From NCBI RefSeq assembly GCF_964194025.1, contig NC_134473.1:52886001-52950000 (forward strand): DNA of 64,000 nucleotides. The letters are read 5' to 3'. This document shows positions 12,576 to 26,594 of this stretch, piece by piece (position 1 is the stretch's first letter; each line of letters starts with the position of its first letter). A model generated the notes under the pieces. That model did no database searches. It was not told where the DNA came from and saw only the letters and a program-made list of their open reading frames with translations. This DNA comes from Convolutriloba macropyga (lineage: Eukaryota). The translations under genes and the position numbers were made by a program.

Positions 12576-15500
12576 TCATCTAGTGTTCGGATTGGAGTCA
12601 CAATTCATACGTGAACAAAGCTTATTGAATTTAAGTCATTAACTATTAATAGCAATCTTAGCACACTGAAAGAAAAGGCAGAACCTAAATAGGTTTTCAT
12701 GATGTCAAAAATGACGATTTTTATCATTGTCATGAGGTGAAATAAAACGTATTTCCTAACTTCACCGCGTGGAAGTTTTATTTCAAATTTAATTTGAAAC
12801 AAGTGTATACGTATATGATGTCCTTCATTAAAATTGAAGATGCTGCACAAAGTCACTGAATGGGTTCTTGATTTTGTCTTACCTGAGATAATGATTGAAA
12901 TTCAATATTGGTGTTTTTTTCTTTACACTGAGGCATAAGTTAACACTGATATCATGACGCGCGATGTAAATGAAAACAGATAGAAGTATAAAAATTAAAT
13001 CTTGATATTTTTTCCGAAATTTGGTCTCAGTTTTATAAAATCTGAGAGAAATATGTTTTACAATAGTCTTTCATTTCCGCTCGACTATTATCAAAATCCG
13101 CATGATATCAATTGAACTTTATGCAGTTCTAGTTTTTTCTACCTCAAATTGTATAGTTATTGAATTCGTGCAGGTTCAATCTTCGTACTCATATACTACA
13201 AGAGATTACAAAACATTTTTTTTTCGCAGTTTTGATGAAGTCAATTTTTCTGGCTGTTAATAGTGCTTGCTTTCCAAAAAAGAGAAAACTAGTTACTTTT
13301 TGTGACAATTTTTCTGTGTGTTGCAGTGATCCTGCAAAAAATGAATACTTTTTCAAAACAACAATTTCGTAGAATTGCGCGATTTCAATCAATTGTTACA
13401 ATGACATCATATTTAGTTTTTGATTGTATCCAAGTAGACACTCTCTCATATTTTCAATCACCGGTTGGTTGAGTTAGTTAATTCTAATGTTTCGGATTTA
13501 ATTTTCATTAAATGGCACTTCCCTCCTGCTTTTTCAGTTTTAGTAGTTTTTAATCGCACTTTTATCTAATCATTGCCAATGTGAAATTGTCTCCTATTAC
13601 GTCAAATTTTAGTTATTTCCAGCGTTTTCCAAAATTATTATAATTATTTGAATATTTGAAATGTTTGTTTTTATTTCTTTTGGTTTTGCTGCTCACTTCT
13701 CGAAAAAGGTTTGATGGTAATTTCTTCAAAAAATTGTCTAGTCTGAAAAATTCTCTAGTAACTGTGTCCAATCTTGTGCAAACATGTTGTTTGTTGCTCT
13801 TTGTTTATATCAAATAACTACATTGCGAGAAAAACATTCTGTTGTCTTTTTTGTCTCTAGAAATTTGAATATGTAGAAGTTTGACATTCACTGCTTCGTC
13901 TGTATTAGGTAGAAACGCGGGACGTTCACTGCATTACATTTGCTGATTTTTTAATCGTTAAAGTGATTCATCTATTTCAATTTTTCCAGCAAACCAGATA
14001 GAATTTTTGAATCATCTAGTGTTCAAATTGGAGTCACAATTCATACCTGAGCAAAGAATCGTGAATTCAAGTCATCAAATCCTAATGGAAATCTTAGCCC
14101 ACTGAAAAAAGACAGAGCCAATTATAAGTTTTCACGAAGTCAGAAAAATCACGATTTTCATCATTGTCATGAGCTGACAAAAAGACTGATTTCCTAATTT
14201 GACCATTTTGAAGTTTCATTTCAAACTTAGTTTGAAAGAATTGTAATTAGTTATATACATATAAGACGTCCTTCATTAAATTTGAAGATGCCGCAAAGAG
14301 TCACTGAATGGTTTCTTGATCTTCCCTTATCTGTGATATTGATTGAATTTCACTATCAGTATTCTCTTTTTACACTGAAGCATAAGGTAACACTAATATC
14401 ATAATATCATGACTCGCGATGTATATGAAAACAGATAGATGATTAAAGATTTTATCCTGATTAATTTTCTAAAATTTGGTCTGAGTTTTAAAAATCTGAG
14501 AGCATTCGGTTTTACAATTGTCTTCCATTTGCTCTCGACTGTAAAAGCAAGAGATTACTAAATATATTAAGTTTGGCAGTTCAGATTAAATCAAAATTTT
14601 TGCAGTTAAAAGTGCTTGCGTTCCAAAAATAAGTAAATTGGATATTTTTGGTGACAATTTTTTTTCGAATTGTTGCATTGATCCTGAAAAGAATCTATAT
14701 TTTTTAAAACATAAACTTCGTAGAGCGGTGTAGATTTTAACCATCTGGTGCAAAATCATAGAATATTTTTCTTCGCTGTTTTTTGTATCGAAATAGTAAT
14801 ATTTTCAATTTTTCAATCTCTGGTTAGTTAAATAATTAATTCTAAGGTTCTCTGACTTCCTTTTAAAAATTAGCAATCCTTCTTACTTTGTCAATAATTT
14901 TTGGAAGCACACTTTTTTCTTCCTTTTTTCTATTTTATAGTGTCTCCTTTTACGTCAAATTTTAGTTTTTTTCTAAATCTTCAACAGTAATTTTAAATGT
15001 TTAATATTGTTTTCCTTTCTTTCGTTTTTCCTGTTTTCATATCGAAAAACATCTGAAAATTTTTTTACAAAAAACTGTTTTTATGAAAACAGCAGAATGA
15101 ATTGTGGCCAATTTTTTGTCAATTTTTTTGTTGCTCTTTGTTAATATCAAAATACAACAACATTGAGAAAAAAATGTTTTTATTATTTTTTCTTTGTTTC
15201 ACTAGAAAATTGTGCATATTGAAAAAAAAAATTTTGACAGTCAGTTCTTCATCTATCTGTATTAAAAAGTAACATGCAGTGTTCACCACTCTTTACTGTT
15301 CTCTTACCACTGAAAATGTAGAACTAGTTCTGATATTTCACAAACCTAAAATTGAATCAGCAGATGTTCTCCGATGTTTTCCTAAAAACTGAATATAAAT
15401 AATCAATTGAGGAAATTCTCGAATTGCTCAGCTGCCGATTTTGCTTCAAACTTATTTCCCAGTGCGAATGTTTGAACGAAGGCTCAAAATTGTCATACGA

Positions 15501-18140
15501 ACCTTCTTGTCTACTAAGTTCGCTGGTCAAAGCAACCTTTGTTAACTAACTGCTCCAGTTAAAATTAACTAATTTAAATTTTACATCATCTCTAGAGAAA
15601 AATCTGAACCACATTGAAAACTAAAAAAGGCATATTTGAGTTAAAAGAGACTAAAAATCAGATAGAAACTATATCCATGCAGGGTGGATAACAATTGAAG
15701 CCTTGACTTTTTGCTATTGAGGCGTTTACACAGGTTGTCAAAACAAAATTCTGTTAAATTATTTTTACTGTTATTTGAAAACTTTATTTTGTGAACACAT
15801 AAAATTCTAAAACCGATTCCACTAAGCATTAGAAAGAAGGTGAAAGAAAACTTATTATATTACTCGAGGAGATGTATTGATTTCCAATTAACAGCTTCTT
15901 GAATTCAATAATATACACTAAATGTTCTGGTTCATTAATATGCTCAAAGACGCAAGATGTTCTCGTGCTGAATCTTTTTGCTCTTTGTATTTCATGTGCC
16001 GCAAAAAAGGAAGCGACAAAACTTATTCAGTCCTGAGAAAAAATATACTGGTATTTGAGCCGAAGTATTGCTCAGAAAAATGTAGCTTGATTCTCAGCGG
16101 TTTTTTCTGCATTTTTCCTATGTATATCTTCAATTTTTTTACTGATGGTGCCCCTAGTACTTTAAGTGAACTCCTGTTGCAGCGTTTGGAATATGCAAGT
16201 GCGTTTGGGGAGTTCAAATAGTGCACACCAACTAAGTTGGGATGCACAAACGGAAAAGATAAAGTTTTCTTAGCAGATATAGCTTCTTGAAAACCTTAAT
16301 CTTTTTTTACTCCAACATGAGACTTATTTACATGTGCTTTTTTATGCCTTGATAAGTTTTCCAATTCTCACTCATTTTGTTTTGCACCAATATGTGGAAC
16401 AATAATTCGATTGCGTATTAACATTGAGTTCAACCGGTATTGTTTTCTGGAAAACATTATCTGGAGAAATACGCAAACAATCTGAAAATTCGTTTCGAAT
16501 TTGAGCCGATAACCAGCATTAACTAAAACAACCAGTTGTAAAATTTTAAAAAAAATAGAACAAAATTTTTTTCACATTTTAAAGCTAAGAATGAGGAGGG
16601 CAGATAAATTGTGGGCGTGGTGAGATAACGGGAACAAGTATTATATGAATAGCTTGGCATTATACGTTTTCAATCCTCAAGTGTTCGGATGGAGTCACAA
16701 TTTATACTTGAAAAGAGCACGTTGAATTCAAGTAATTGACTCTAAATAGAATCTTATCCCACTGAAAAAAAACAGAGCCAAATATAACTTTTCATGATGT
16801 CAGAAGATGATGATTTTTATCTTTGTCATGAGCTCACATAAAGACTTGTTTCCCAATTTGACTTTTTTGAAATCTCATTTCAAATTTAATTTAAAAGAAT
16901 TGTAATGAGCTATATACATATAAGACGTCCTTCATTAAATTTGAAGATGCTGCGAAAAGTCAGTGAATGGTTTCTTGATCTTCTATTATCTGCGATATTG
17001 TTTGAAATTCATTATCAGCGCTCATTTCTTTACACTGAAGCGTTGCAAATCAAAACAGATACACGCATAAATATTTTATCCTGATAAAATTTGGTCGGAA
17101 TTTTAGAAAATCTGAGAGCAATATATTTTACAATGGAATTTCATTTTAGCTCAACTTTAATCAAACTCCGCGTGATATCAATTGATCTCAAAGCAGTTCT
17201 GGCTATTTTTTTCTCAAAATATATAGTTTTTGATTTCGTGCAGGTCCAATTTTAGTAGTCAAGTAGTAAAAGAGATTGCAAAATAATTTAAGTTTGGCAG
17301 TTTTGATCTAGTCAAACCTTTTGCAATTAATAGAGCCTGCGTTCCAAAAATAAGTAAATTAAATAATTTTGATGGCAATTTTTTTCAAATTGTTGCAGTG
17401 ATCCTGATGAAAAAAGTATAAATTTATTTTCAAACAACTACTCCTTGGAGCGGTGTAGGTTTAACCCAATTGTTGCAATGTCATAAAAAACTTTCCTGCA
17501 CTTTTGGTCGTACCCAAATAGCTATTTTTCATTTTTACAATCACTGTTTAGTTGAGTTACTTAATTCTTATGTTCTTAGACTTCCATTTTAAAAAGTAGA
17601 ATTTCTCTCTCACTTTGTCAGGAACTTTTTGAAGTACACTTTTATCTTGTCATGTTACATATAATAGCGTCTACTATTACGTCACATTTCATTTTTTTTC
17701 TAAAATTTCAACAATAGTTTTAAATATTTGTGATTGTTTTCCTCTCTTTTAATTTTGCTGTTTTCTTGTCGAAAAACATTTGAAAGAAATTTTCGCAAAA
17801 AAATTGTCTGTTCTGAATATTTTTGATTGAATTGTGTCCAATCTTGTGCAGATTTGTTGTTGTCGATCTTTGTTTATATCAAAAAATAGCAACGTTGAGA
17901 AAAAAATCTTGTTATTTTTTTTCTACGTTTCTCTACAAAATTGTGCAATAAAAAAACAATTCTGACACTCAGTGCTTATCTATTTGTATTAAATAGAAAT
18001 GCGTGATGTACACTGCTCTTTACTGTTCTTTTATTCCTGAAAAGTGTGTAGAGCTGTCTCTGATATCTTAAAAATGTAGCAGCAGATGTTCTCCGATGTT
18101 TCCTTATAACTGAAAATAAATATTCAATTGAGAAATTTCT
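12576..18140 (+). repeat. Three diverged ~1.4-1.5-kb direct repeats (~12576-13975, ~14011-15420, ~16674-18140)
   Basis: Each starts atc(a/c)tc(t/a)agtgttc..attggagtcacaatt and shares collinear blocks such as gtccttcattaaa.ttgaagatgc, ttgca(g/t)tgatcctg and tacgtca(a/c)attt; no coding capacity seen. Confidence 0.85.
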
Positions 18141-21100
18141 CCAAATTGTACTCTAATATTTTGACTATAGGTAATAACAATGAAAAATTATAATTAAACA
18201 ATCAATTAGGTTGTGACATTTTGACAACAAATTATTGTTTGATATTTTTACCTCAAATTTTTTTCAAATCTCACCATATGGTTGCACTACAATTCGGCTC
18301 CTTGTTTCTTACCAAAATATTAATTTTTATTTGAGCTTTCAGATAGACAGTAAAGGAAACGTTGACGCCTGACGTACAAATACAAAAAATATTGGAGACT
18401 CAAAAAGATTCTTGGTGATGCAGCTGCTCTCCTTCTAAGGGCAGATAAAGCTTTACACCACCCAGTTTTTCTCAGTGGTTTCGAATTGGTCCTAAATTTA
18501 CATATTTTGCAAATAAAATTTGTAAACTTTTTTATCCGCAATACAGTAGATTATTACCGTTGAATTTACAGTAAATGAATGAGACTAAATGGCAAACATA
18601 CAGCCGGCTGAATAACAGCTCTTCTCTGACAAACATCCAACGAAATTGAAGTTGAAACGTTAAAATTTGTTTTGTGTTTTTTATTAGACAAGTAAATGAT
18701 AAATTGAACAGAAGGTTTTCTAAAGCTGTAGCCATAGCACTAGGCCACAGTTATGCAAGTTTCGAATTTCCAGTTACAAAAGATCATGGAAAAGGTCACA
18801 GTTACTGTAAAAGTATCTAAACTAAAAAATAAGATTTCTAATCTCAATACTGCAAAATCTCTCTCTTTCTAATATCAATCTTGGATTCAAGAAAAATAAT
18901 ACTATTAATAATAAAGACTAATATTAAATCCAAATCATTTAAACACAATAACAAACGTTCAGCATTGCTGAAGAACAGTTCTGTTTTGCTCGATATTTCA
19001 AACTATTATGATGTTGAAACAGCCAAATTTTGCTGAAATATTAATAATAACTAAGGTTATAAAATGAGTTTAAAAATTTCAAAAGATGTTAGCCATATAA
19101 TTTGTCTATAGTTATGCCAGGTTTGCGTTTTCTGTTACAAGGATTATAGAAAACATCGCAGTTAATGTAAATGTATCTGAATTGCTGTCTCATTTTTCTA
19201 ATACTATTATAAGCAAAGCTGTCCATTAGTTTCAATGACACTAATATTGGACTTCGTAAAATTTGGTAGCAAAACTTAAGAGAAAGTTTTGTCTATTTAG
19301 GAACTTTGTTCTTAATCAGGGAAAAAAAGAAACTATCTAACTTAAATCTCTTTTCAACATATCGAGGTTACTTAAACTGTCAGATCAATAAATACATTTA
19401 CAGAAAACAGACTCGGTACTATTAAAGCTATTACAGTACAGAAATAACTTTAATACGCACTGTATGGTAGTTTGATTTGACCAACTCAATTTTGGGTTTG
19501 CTTCAATCAGCTGTTTTTTGATTTTTTGTTATGCTATCCCCGTGCTCCAGTACAAAAAAAATTTAATTTTGATAGGTTGTCGATAAAGATGCAAACATAT
19601 TTTCATAAGGTCCTTTTCTCCAGATAAATTTGATTTCAATGAAAAGTTGTTACCCATGGACTAAATAATTGTGTTGAAATTTCTATAGCAACTACAGAAT
19701 CCATCGCAAACCAATATAAAACTTATGTTGCTATGAAAAGGCTGACTTTTTGTTTAGTGCATGTGTGGCATTACTGGTTGAGTGATAGAAGACTTTTACA
19801 AGTTTGAGTATCAGTTGAAGCTTGAGTCTGAGTTCATGCATGATTTTTACTTGATAATGAGATTATTATTCCGACCCACTTTAGTGGGGGAGGAACTATA
19901 TACTCAAATGGTTTTTTTTGTTCAGTCAATTTTGGCCGATCGATATAATCATCGTAGAGAGTTGTGATGGTATCATTAAAAAGCTCGTCCAGCGTAGAAT
20001 ACGGAATTAAAAAGATTTTTTCAGTTTTGGCTTTTTATAGGGAGTTATCGAGTTTTAAAATTTTTTGAAAATTTGACGAAACTCATCTGTTTTTATTCAC
20101 ATTTCACGGTATTTTGGACCTAATTTTCGTCAATTTTTCAAAAATTTGTTCAAAATTTTTGCTGTAGTGTTATTGATTTTATCTCTAAAGATAGAGGAGG
20201 TTTGCTGAATTTTTTGATCTTGAGTTTTTTGGCAAAAATTTTAGAAAAATTTTTTCGAAATTCGATTTTTATCGGGACCAAATTTGCTTTTTTATCCTAC
20301 TTATTTTAAATTTGCTGGAAGTAGATAGCTTGAAACAGCGGCGGCATACTCTTTTTAAGCTGACAAACGATTATTTCTACACCCGTTGGCTTTGAAAGTC
20401 TTCTGAAATTAAAATTTCGCCAGTTTTTTGCAAATTAAAAAACTCGATAACAATAAAAAATGCATTTTTGTTTTTGACAAACTGAAAAATTTTATTCAAA
20501 AATTGATCTAATTCGCAACCATTTCAAAAAAGTGAAAATTTTGTTAGACGCGTAGTAACATCTGGGAAGCTCACGACAATAAATTTTTTAGATTTTAATG
20601 GGGCGCGACATTTTTTTCAAAATATTTCGGCTATGTAAAAGTTTTATATGTAAACTTCTTTTATTTACAAGAAATTCAATTCAAGGCTCATGGAGTGACA
20701 GATACCATCCAAAAAACGAGGCCCAACGAGATTATAACACGGTTTCAGAATATGCTCATGGTTTTTGTGGCTCTGACCAATTGTTTTCGTAAACAAATTT
20801 TAAATGTAGATCTTGAATTTTATTTTCATTTGTTATCTTTTTTGCAGTTAAATGACTTATTGTCCGCCATCAAAGATCCAGTCATTTCTTAAGAGGTTAA
20901 ATCAATCTAGACAATTTTTCAGTAGTTATCTAATGTCTGTTGTGACTTTGAATATAATTGTTTTAAGAAAATGTCGGTTAATTTTCGAACTTTGTCACTA
21001 TTTTTATCTTATTCGTCTCATGTTAGGGCGCAGTCTCAGTAAAAACGAGCAGAAACCGATTTCCTGTGGGTTTTAAATTATTGTTCGTATTGGTTCTATG

Positions 21101-21949
21101 TTCAACTAATGGTCTCTTTCTCTTTAGACTAAGCGTTTTCTTAATTTTTTTTTAATTTCTGAATATAATTGTATATTTTATGTTTCATTTTGTTTCCTTG
21201 TCAAATTATCATATTACTGACAAGTTTAATTGAACGAAAAGCAAAGTAGGGAAAACGCACAGCGTTGGAAAAAAGCGTATCTGATATATTAATTGATTTA
21301 GTTATATAATTTGCGCTTTTTGAGCTGAGACACAGTTGTCTCGCAAAATTTAAATGAATTTTTTTTGTTTTTGCCTATTTTTGTCGTTTTCTTGTTGTTC
21401 TACGTCATATACTTGATAACAATAGGTCTCAATTGCTTCCCCAGGACATATAATTCAACCTAGTTAAAGATTTCAGTTTATAGCTGTTTGTTTTAATGAC
21501 TTTAAAATTGAAATAAGAGTTTTTCTTTAAATGTATCCCACTGCTTTCGTTCACGTAACCATGTAACTCGATCTCAATAACAAGAAGTCTCAAATACTTT
21601 TGTTGATTCAGATGTTTTTTTGCGCTTGGTTATACGTTGTGATCTATTGCTTCGACCATCATTTTCACAAAATGTTTTCGAGGTTTCTATCCTGTTTAAT
21701 TTTTTGGTTTCTTTTTTGTCCTCTCCTCGTGAGGACAGGCCTCATATGTTTTCTAATGAAGTATAGGTTAAAATGTTTTGTTTAAATTTTATCTGATGCG
21801 AGTTTGATTTTATGATTTTGTTTATTATAGCCATCGAGTTTTGGTCCTAATTAGTGTTCGTTATTTAATATTTATTATTGTTCTTTGTAGTAGTCCTATT
21901 TTCAATGACGTTTGTTGGCCCTCTAGGGTGGCATTATTGTATTCGGTTC

Positions 21950-22308
21950 TGCTTTTTTCACACCTTTTCATTTAAGCCCCTATCTTTTAACCCCGGTTTA
22001 TTCACCTATCAATTAACCCCTCTATCATTTCATCCCGCCAATTAGCAGTCGACATTAATGCACGTTTTGACATAATTAAGTGGATAAACTAATTCCACGT
22101 TCGGTTCTGATAGTTTCATATCAAATACCACGGGCCGCTGAGGCATGGCCATGGCCGGCGAGGCATGGCCAAATGATTATAATGCCAATTTAATAATCAT
22201 TATTTTATTGAAAGGTTGAAATCGGGGTGAAATGATAGAGGTGATACATCGGTGAATAAATCGGGGTTAAATGATAGGGGGTTAAATGAATAGGGGTGAA
22301 AAAGCGGT
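21950..22308. mobile_element. MITE-like foldback element with ~90-bp imperfect inverted arms
   Basis: ttcatttaagcccctatcttttaaccccggtttattcacc...cctctatcatttcatcccg pairs with cggggtgaaatgatagagg...ggtgaataaatcggggttaaatgatagggggttaaatgaa. Confidence 0.7.
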
Positions 22309-22699
22309 ACATGATTGTAATCCATTCGTTGTTTATTGAACGATATGTATGTTGTTGAAGGTTTTCTAACACTTCATCCTTTGGTAGCCAACAGAAATAA
22401 GGATGAGCGGGGTCGAAACCTTATGTGCGTACGCACATTACCGAGCCTCCTTGTTACTTGATAGCTAAGCATGCTGACAAAACAAAAGGCGAGCAAATTG
22501 ATTGCGCTTTGGTTGAATGCGCCATTGAGATTTGCTTTATGTATGCAATAAACTCTAATGTTTAATTGACATGAATGCGTCTGTTTATATTGGAAAACCG
22601 GCTCCATCATTTAGTTCAAGTAGAAAAGTAACTATTTGCAATTCCTTAAGTGGGTGTTTTTTGCTGCAAATGATCAATGCCCTCATTTTCCAGCTAAAA

Positions 22700-23268
22700 T
22701 GTCGTACAGAAATCGTCCTCTGTAGTTGATTGTGTTTGCTGAGCGATTTTACGATTTTAACTGCTACGAAATTATTAGTGATTTCGCGGAGCGTTTCCAC
22801 TACTAAATTTGTACCTAGTAGATTAAACTTTCTGAGCCTCACTTTTAAGTGGTATTCGCGTCGAAAAAAAAGCGTCAACTTTTAGACTGGTATTTCGCTT
22901 AGCGAAACGAATTCTATCTGATATTCCGAGTTGAGTGATTCGCGGAGCGAAATTAGAAATAAAGTGAGTCAACTGAAAATTGAATTTGGATTCAAGAGAG
23001 TGAATTAATAGGAATAGCAGAATTTTGATCAGCAAATTGATCATAACGTATCTTAAATAGAAATGGAAATTTGCGGTAAAACAAAATGAGCAGACAGTAA
23101 GAACAGACAATTAAATTACAATGTTAACTAAACAAATTTAGCAGGCATGAACGAGGCAGATTTGATCTTTACATCAAATTGAACAAAATGAAATAAATGA
23201 CTAAACTGAAATAAATTAAAGATTAAATGAAATTAGGGGTTTTAGCACACTAGAAATGACAATGACCA
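22700..23268 (-). repeat. 3' LTR of gypsy element
   Basis: Begins tgtcgt on the + strand (ends ...acgaca on the element strand); collinear with 26594-27163 through aatgacaatgacca. Confidence 0.88.
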
Positions 23269-23559
23269 AAATTACTGAAATTTTGATCCAAAGGATTGGT
23301 AGAGTGATTTAAGCCAAAAAGTGGATGGGAAATGTCCGCGTTCTCGATTTTGGCACTGGAATGATAGTTATTTGGCGTCAATTCGCTAATTGTATTGCCC
23401 ATTTTCGTAATCGCAGAATATTCTCGATTTCATGCTGCAAATTCACAGCATAATTTTTCATTGGAATGCGATTTATTCGAGGCCGGTTTTATAAGTGGAT
23501 TTTGTATAATTTTGTGCAATTAAAAGTAAGCGTTTCGCACTGCGTTTAATTGCGTCCAA

Positions 23560-25400
23560 TTTAGCAACAATGAATTGGTCATCATAAGTGGAAATATTAA
23601 CAAGTTTTTGCTGAGGTTCGCTGAGATGTAATCGACTAATCCCATTTTTGAGCCAGGAAGATAATCTATTGAGAATTCAAAAGGTAAAAGTCTATCGACT
23701 TAACGTGTTAGACGGCTATTATACGATTTCTTAGCTCTGTTTTCTCTCATTTTAGATAACAACACTCTGTGGTCGGTTATGACAGTGAAGGGCTTTCCAT
23801 AAAGGTAATATTTGAAGAAGTGTTCGACGGACCAAAGAACAGCCAATAATTCAAGCTCGTTAATGCTACATCGATCTTCCACTGAATTTAAGAAATGCGA
23901 TGCAAAAACTACAGTATACCATCCGTTCGGAGTGCGCTGCTCTAATGCACAACCCAAACCTTTACGAGAAGCATCGCAATTTATACGTGTTTCCAGATCG
24001 GGGTTAAAATGTTTAGTTTCCGTTGTTTCTGCAAATTTCGTTTTTATGAACTTGAAATGTCGTTCCTGTTCATCTTTCCAGACTACTTTTGTATTTTTTT
24101 AAGTAGAGGTCTAAGTTGGTGACACATTTGAGATAAATTTGGTATAAATTTTCCGAGATGATGTACCGATCTTATAAAAGATCGCAATTTCTTGAGATGT
24201 GAGGGTGAAGAAAATTCTCCAATGGCATCATTTTTTTTGATAATGGTCTTATTTTTGTTTTGAGTGATACTATGTCCCAGTCATTCAATTTGATCTTTCG
24301 AAAAATGACATTTTGCTAAGTTGATACGTAGATTTTCCTGATCTAATTTTATTAAACATTTTCATACAAGATCGAGATGTTGTTCAATTTTACCTCTACT
24401 TACTATCAGTATGTCGTCCAAAAAACAGAATGTATCAGTCAGGCCGGCGAGCGTACAATCAATTGCTTTCTGAAATTCGGCAGGCAAATCCGTTAGTCTG
24501 TAAAGTCCCGTTTTAAAACGGTATGCGCCGGACATATCTCCGCTTACTATATTAAAGTTACAATGGCGGGCCGTATCGCTATGCAGATTTAATTGGCTAT
24601 ACGTGTACTTCAAATCAAGTGTCGTAAAGTAGGCCGGTTCTTGCGGCTTGTTTGACCGTGTTTGTGTTATAGTTTGAGTCAAAGAATCAATATTTAGCAT
24701 CTGGTACTTATTTGTGTATGGCTTTGTTCAAGATCTTAGAATCTAAAGCTATTTTGATTGAATGGTCTCTTTTGACTTTGATAATGATTGGAGATTAAAA
24801 AAACTGGTCAGAACAGTTTGATAATTTTTCACTGTGTCTTTCGTTTAGTAATTTTTTGAGTTCGATCTTTACCTTTGGTTGAAGGTGGATTGGCACTTTT
24901 CTCCCTTTTTGATGTGTGACACGATAATTTTCATGGAATTTTGAATTGGCAGTATGATGTTTTAATGTCTCAACTCTTGAAACTAATTCTGGAAATTTTT
25001 TTGGCAGAGATTGTTTTATTACACAAGGTGTTTCAAAATTATTTACTTCTATGTTCGGGCAAGGCTTTTCTGAAATAGTTATTCCCAATTGATTGAAGAA
25101 ATCACGTCCAAGAATAGGTCGGAAATTGTCTGCAACTACCGTGATTTTTGCTTTTTGAGTTTTCAATCGTTACAACGAATTGGCTTTTCAATGTTCCGAG
25201 TGTTTCAACTATATCGCTAAATAAGATTTGAGTTCAAGTGATTTTTTCTCTGACCATTGTGCTGGCACGCAATTAAACATTATCTCCTTGACAAGTGACA
25301 TATTTTTGATAGTACAGCCACTACCAGAATCGAGAAGAAAATGGCGATCCGAATTTTCAATTATTATTGTCAAATTCTGCAAAGCGATTCGGGTTGTATA
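23560..25400 (-). pseudogene. pol: Gypsy pol: aspartic protease, reverse transcriptase and RNase H (frameshifts and stops)
   Basis: FLLDSGSG (protease), ILGRD, YFTTLDLK...FCFLDDILIV (RT), CDASRKGLGCALEQ, ELELLAVLW, TDHR (RNase H). Confidence 0.92.
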
Positions 25401-25513
25401 AAGATTTTCCACTATCGCAACATAGTTATCGTCAGGAGAGTCGTATTCAGAATTAAACTGTTCATTGTAGTTTATGTAATTTACGTTTTGATTCTCTGGA
25501 TTTATGTTTTGCT

Positions 25514-26594
25514 CTATATTTTCAACATTTCTACATTATTGATGCGAGGGTCTTGAAGAGAACTTCTTGTATTATTTAATTCCTTCCGACATACCTTTGC
25601 GATTTGATTGAGCAAACCACAATATTTACATTTCTTACCCAGAGCATGGCAAACCTGACGATGCGTTGAAGTCCAAGTTTGGCCACAACCTCTACACTGG
25701 CCAGTCGCTGCTCGATTGAATGAAATTCTGCCTGATTGATTTCCAAAAGCATTCGCGCCGCAAAATCTATTGAAGGATTGTATGGGTTTGATTGCTGTGC
25801 CATTTGTGTTGTTGTTGTTGTTGTTGTTGTTGGAAGATATTCGCTGTTGGTTTTGATGTCCCATCTGCATAATGACAGCAATGCTGAGGGCTCTTTCGGG
25901 GTCTACTGTATCACGGAGAAGTTCACGTTTAATATCATCATCCAACATAATAGTGATGAAGATGTCTCTGATTTTCACTTCCTCTCAACTTTCGAAATTT
26001 CAAATTTCCGCTAACTCTTTCAAAATGCTATAGAATTGTTTCACAGTTTCAGCGTTTTTCTGTTTCCTTGAAAAGAACACATAGCGGTCGAAAGTGATGT
26101 TTCTGGGTCGTATGAAAGCTATTTCCATCATTTCCCAAAGTTTGAGAGTAGAGAGATCGTAGATGTTATCATGAGGGAATTTTTGCGTTAAAAGACTTCT
26201 TCCTTCCGTCCCAGTACTGAGGTAGAGGAGTGAGGCACACTTCTGATCACAGAGCAACCATGGTCTTTCGCCACACAAAACACCTGCCTCCGTGATTTTC
26301 TGGCATTTCAATTCCTATTGGAGCTTCAACTGACTATTGCGAATTTGACGATCCCGTTCCGTTTGCTCTGTTGCATCCTCGATGGCCATTTCGTATTTTA
26401 TCTCGACCGGTAGTCGTACATGTTTGGTTTGGTTGGATTAGTGTGTCCAACGTTATGTTCTCCCTTGCAAGGATTGCTAGTTTCACTTGGATGCGCCACT
26501 TCTCCCATCGTATTGGAGGGTCCGATGTAGCCCGTTCCCAAAACGGTTCAATGAAAAGTGGGTTCTTGCGTGATTTGCGAGCTGACTGCGCCAT
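25514..26594 (-). pseudogene. gag: Gypsy gag with two Zn knuckles (frameshifted)
   Basis: ORF pieces 26334-26594, 26000-26311 and 25514-25978; FDRYVFFSRKQKNAETVKQF capsid-like motif; CRGC...H...C-ALGKK-CKYC....(Q)....C knuckles. Confidence 0.85.
26584..26593 (-). promoter_or_regulatory. Primer binding site TGGCGCAGTC (likely tRNA-Ser)
   Basis: Directly follows the LTR terminal CA on the element strand; resembles the tRNA-Ser PBS of Drosophila 17.6/297 gypsy elements (recalled, not searched). Confidence 0.7.

Noticed and set aside
19940-20770. Possible old MITE (gatggtatc/gataccatc and ttatcgagtttt/aaaactcgataa inverted pairs)
   Set aside because: Only short inverted matches; ends and TSD could not be defined
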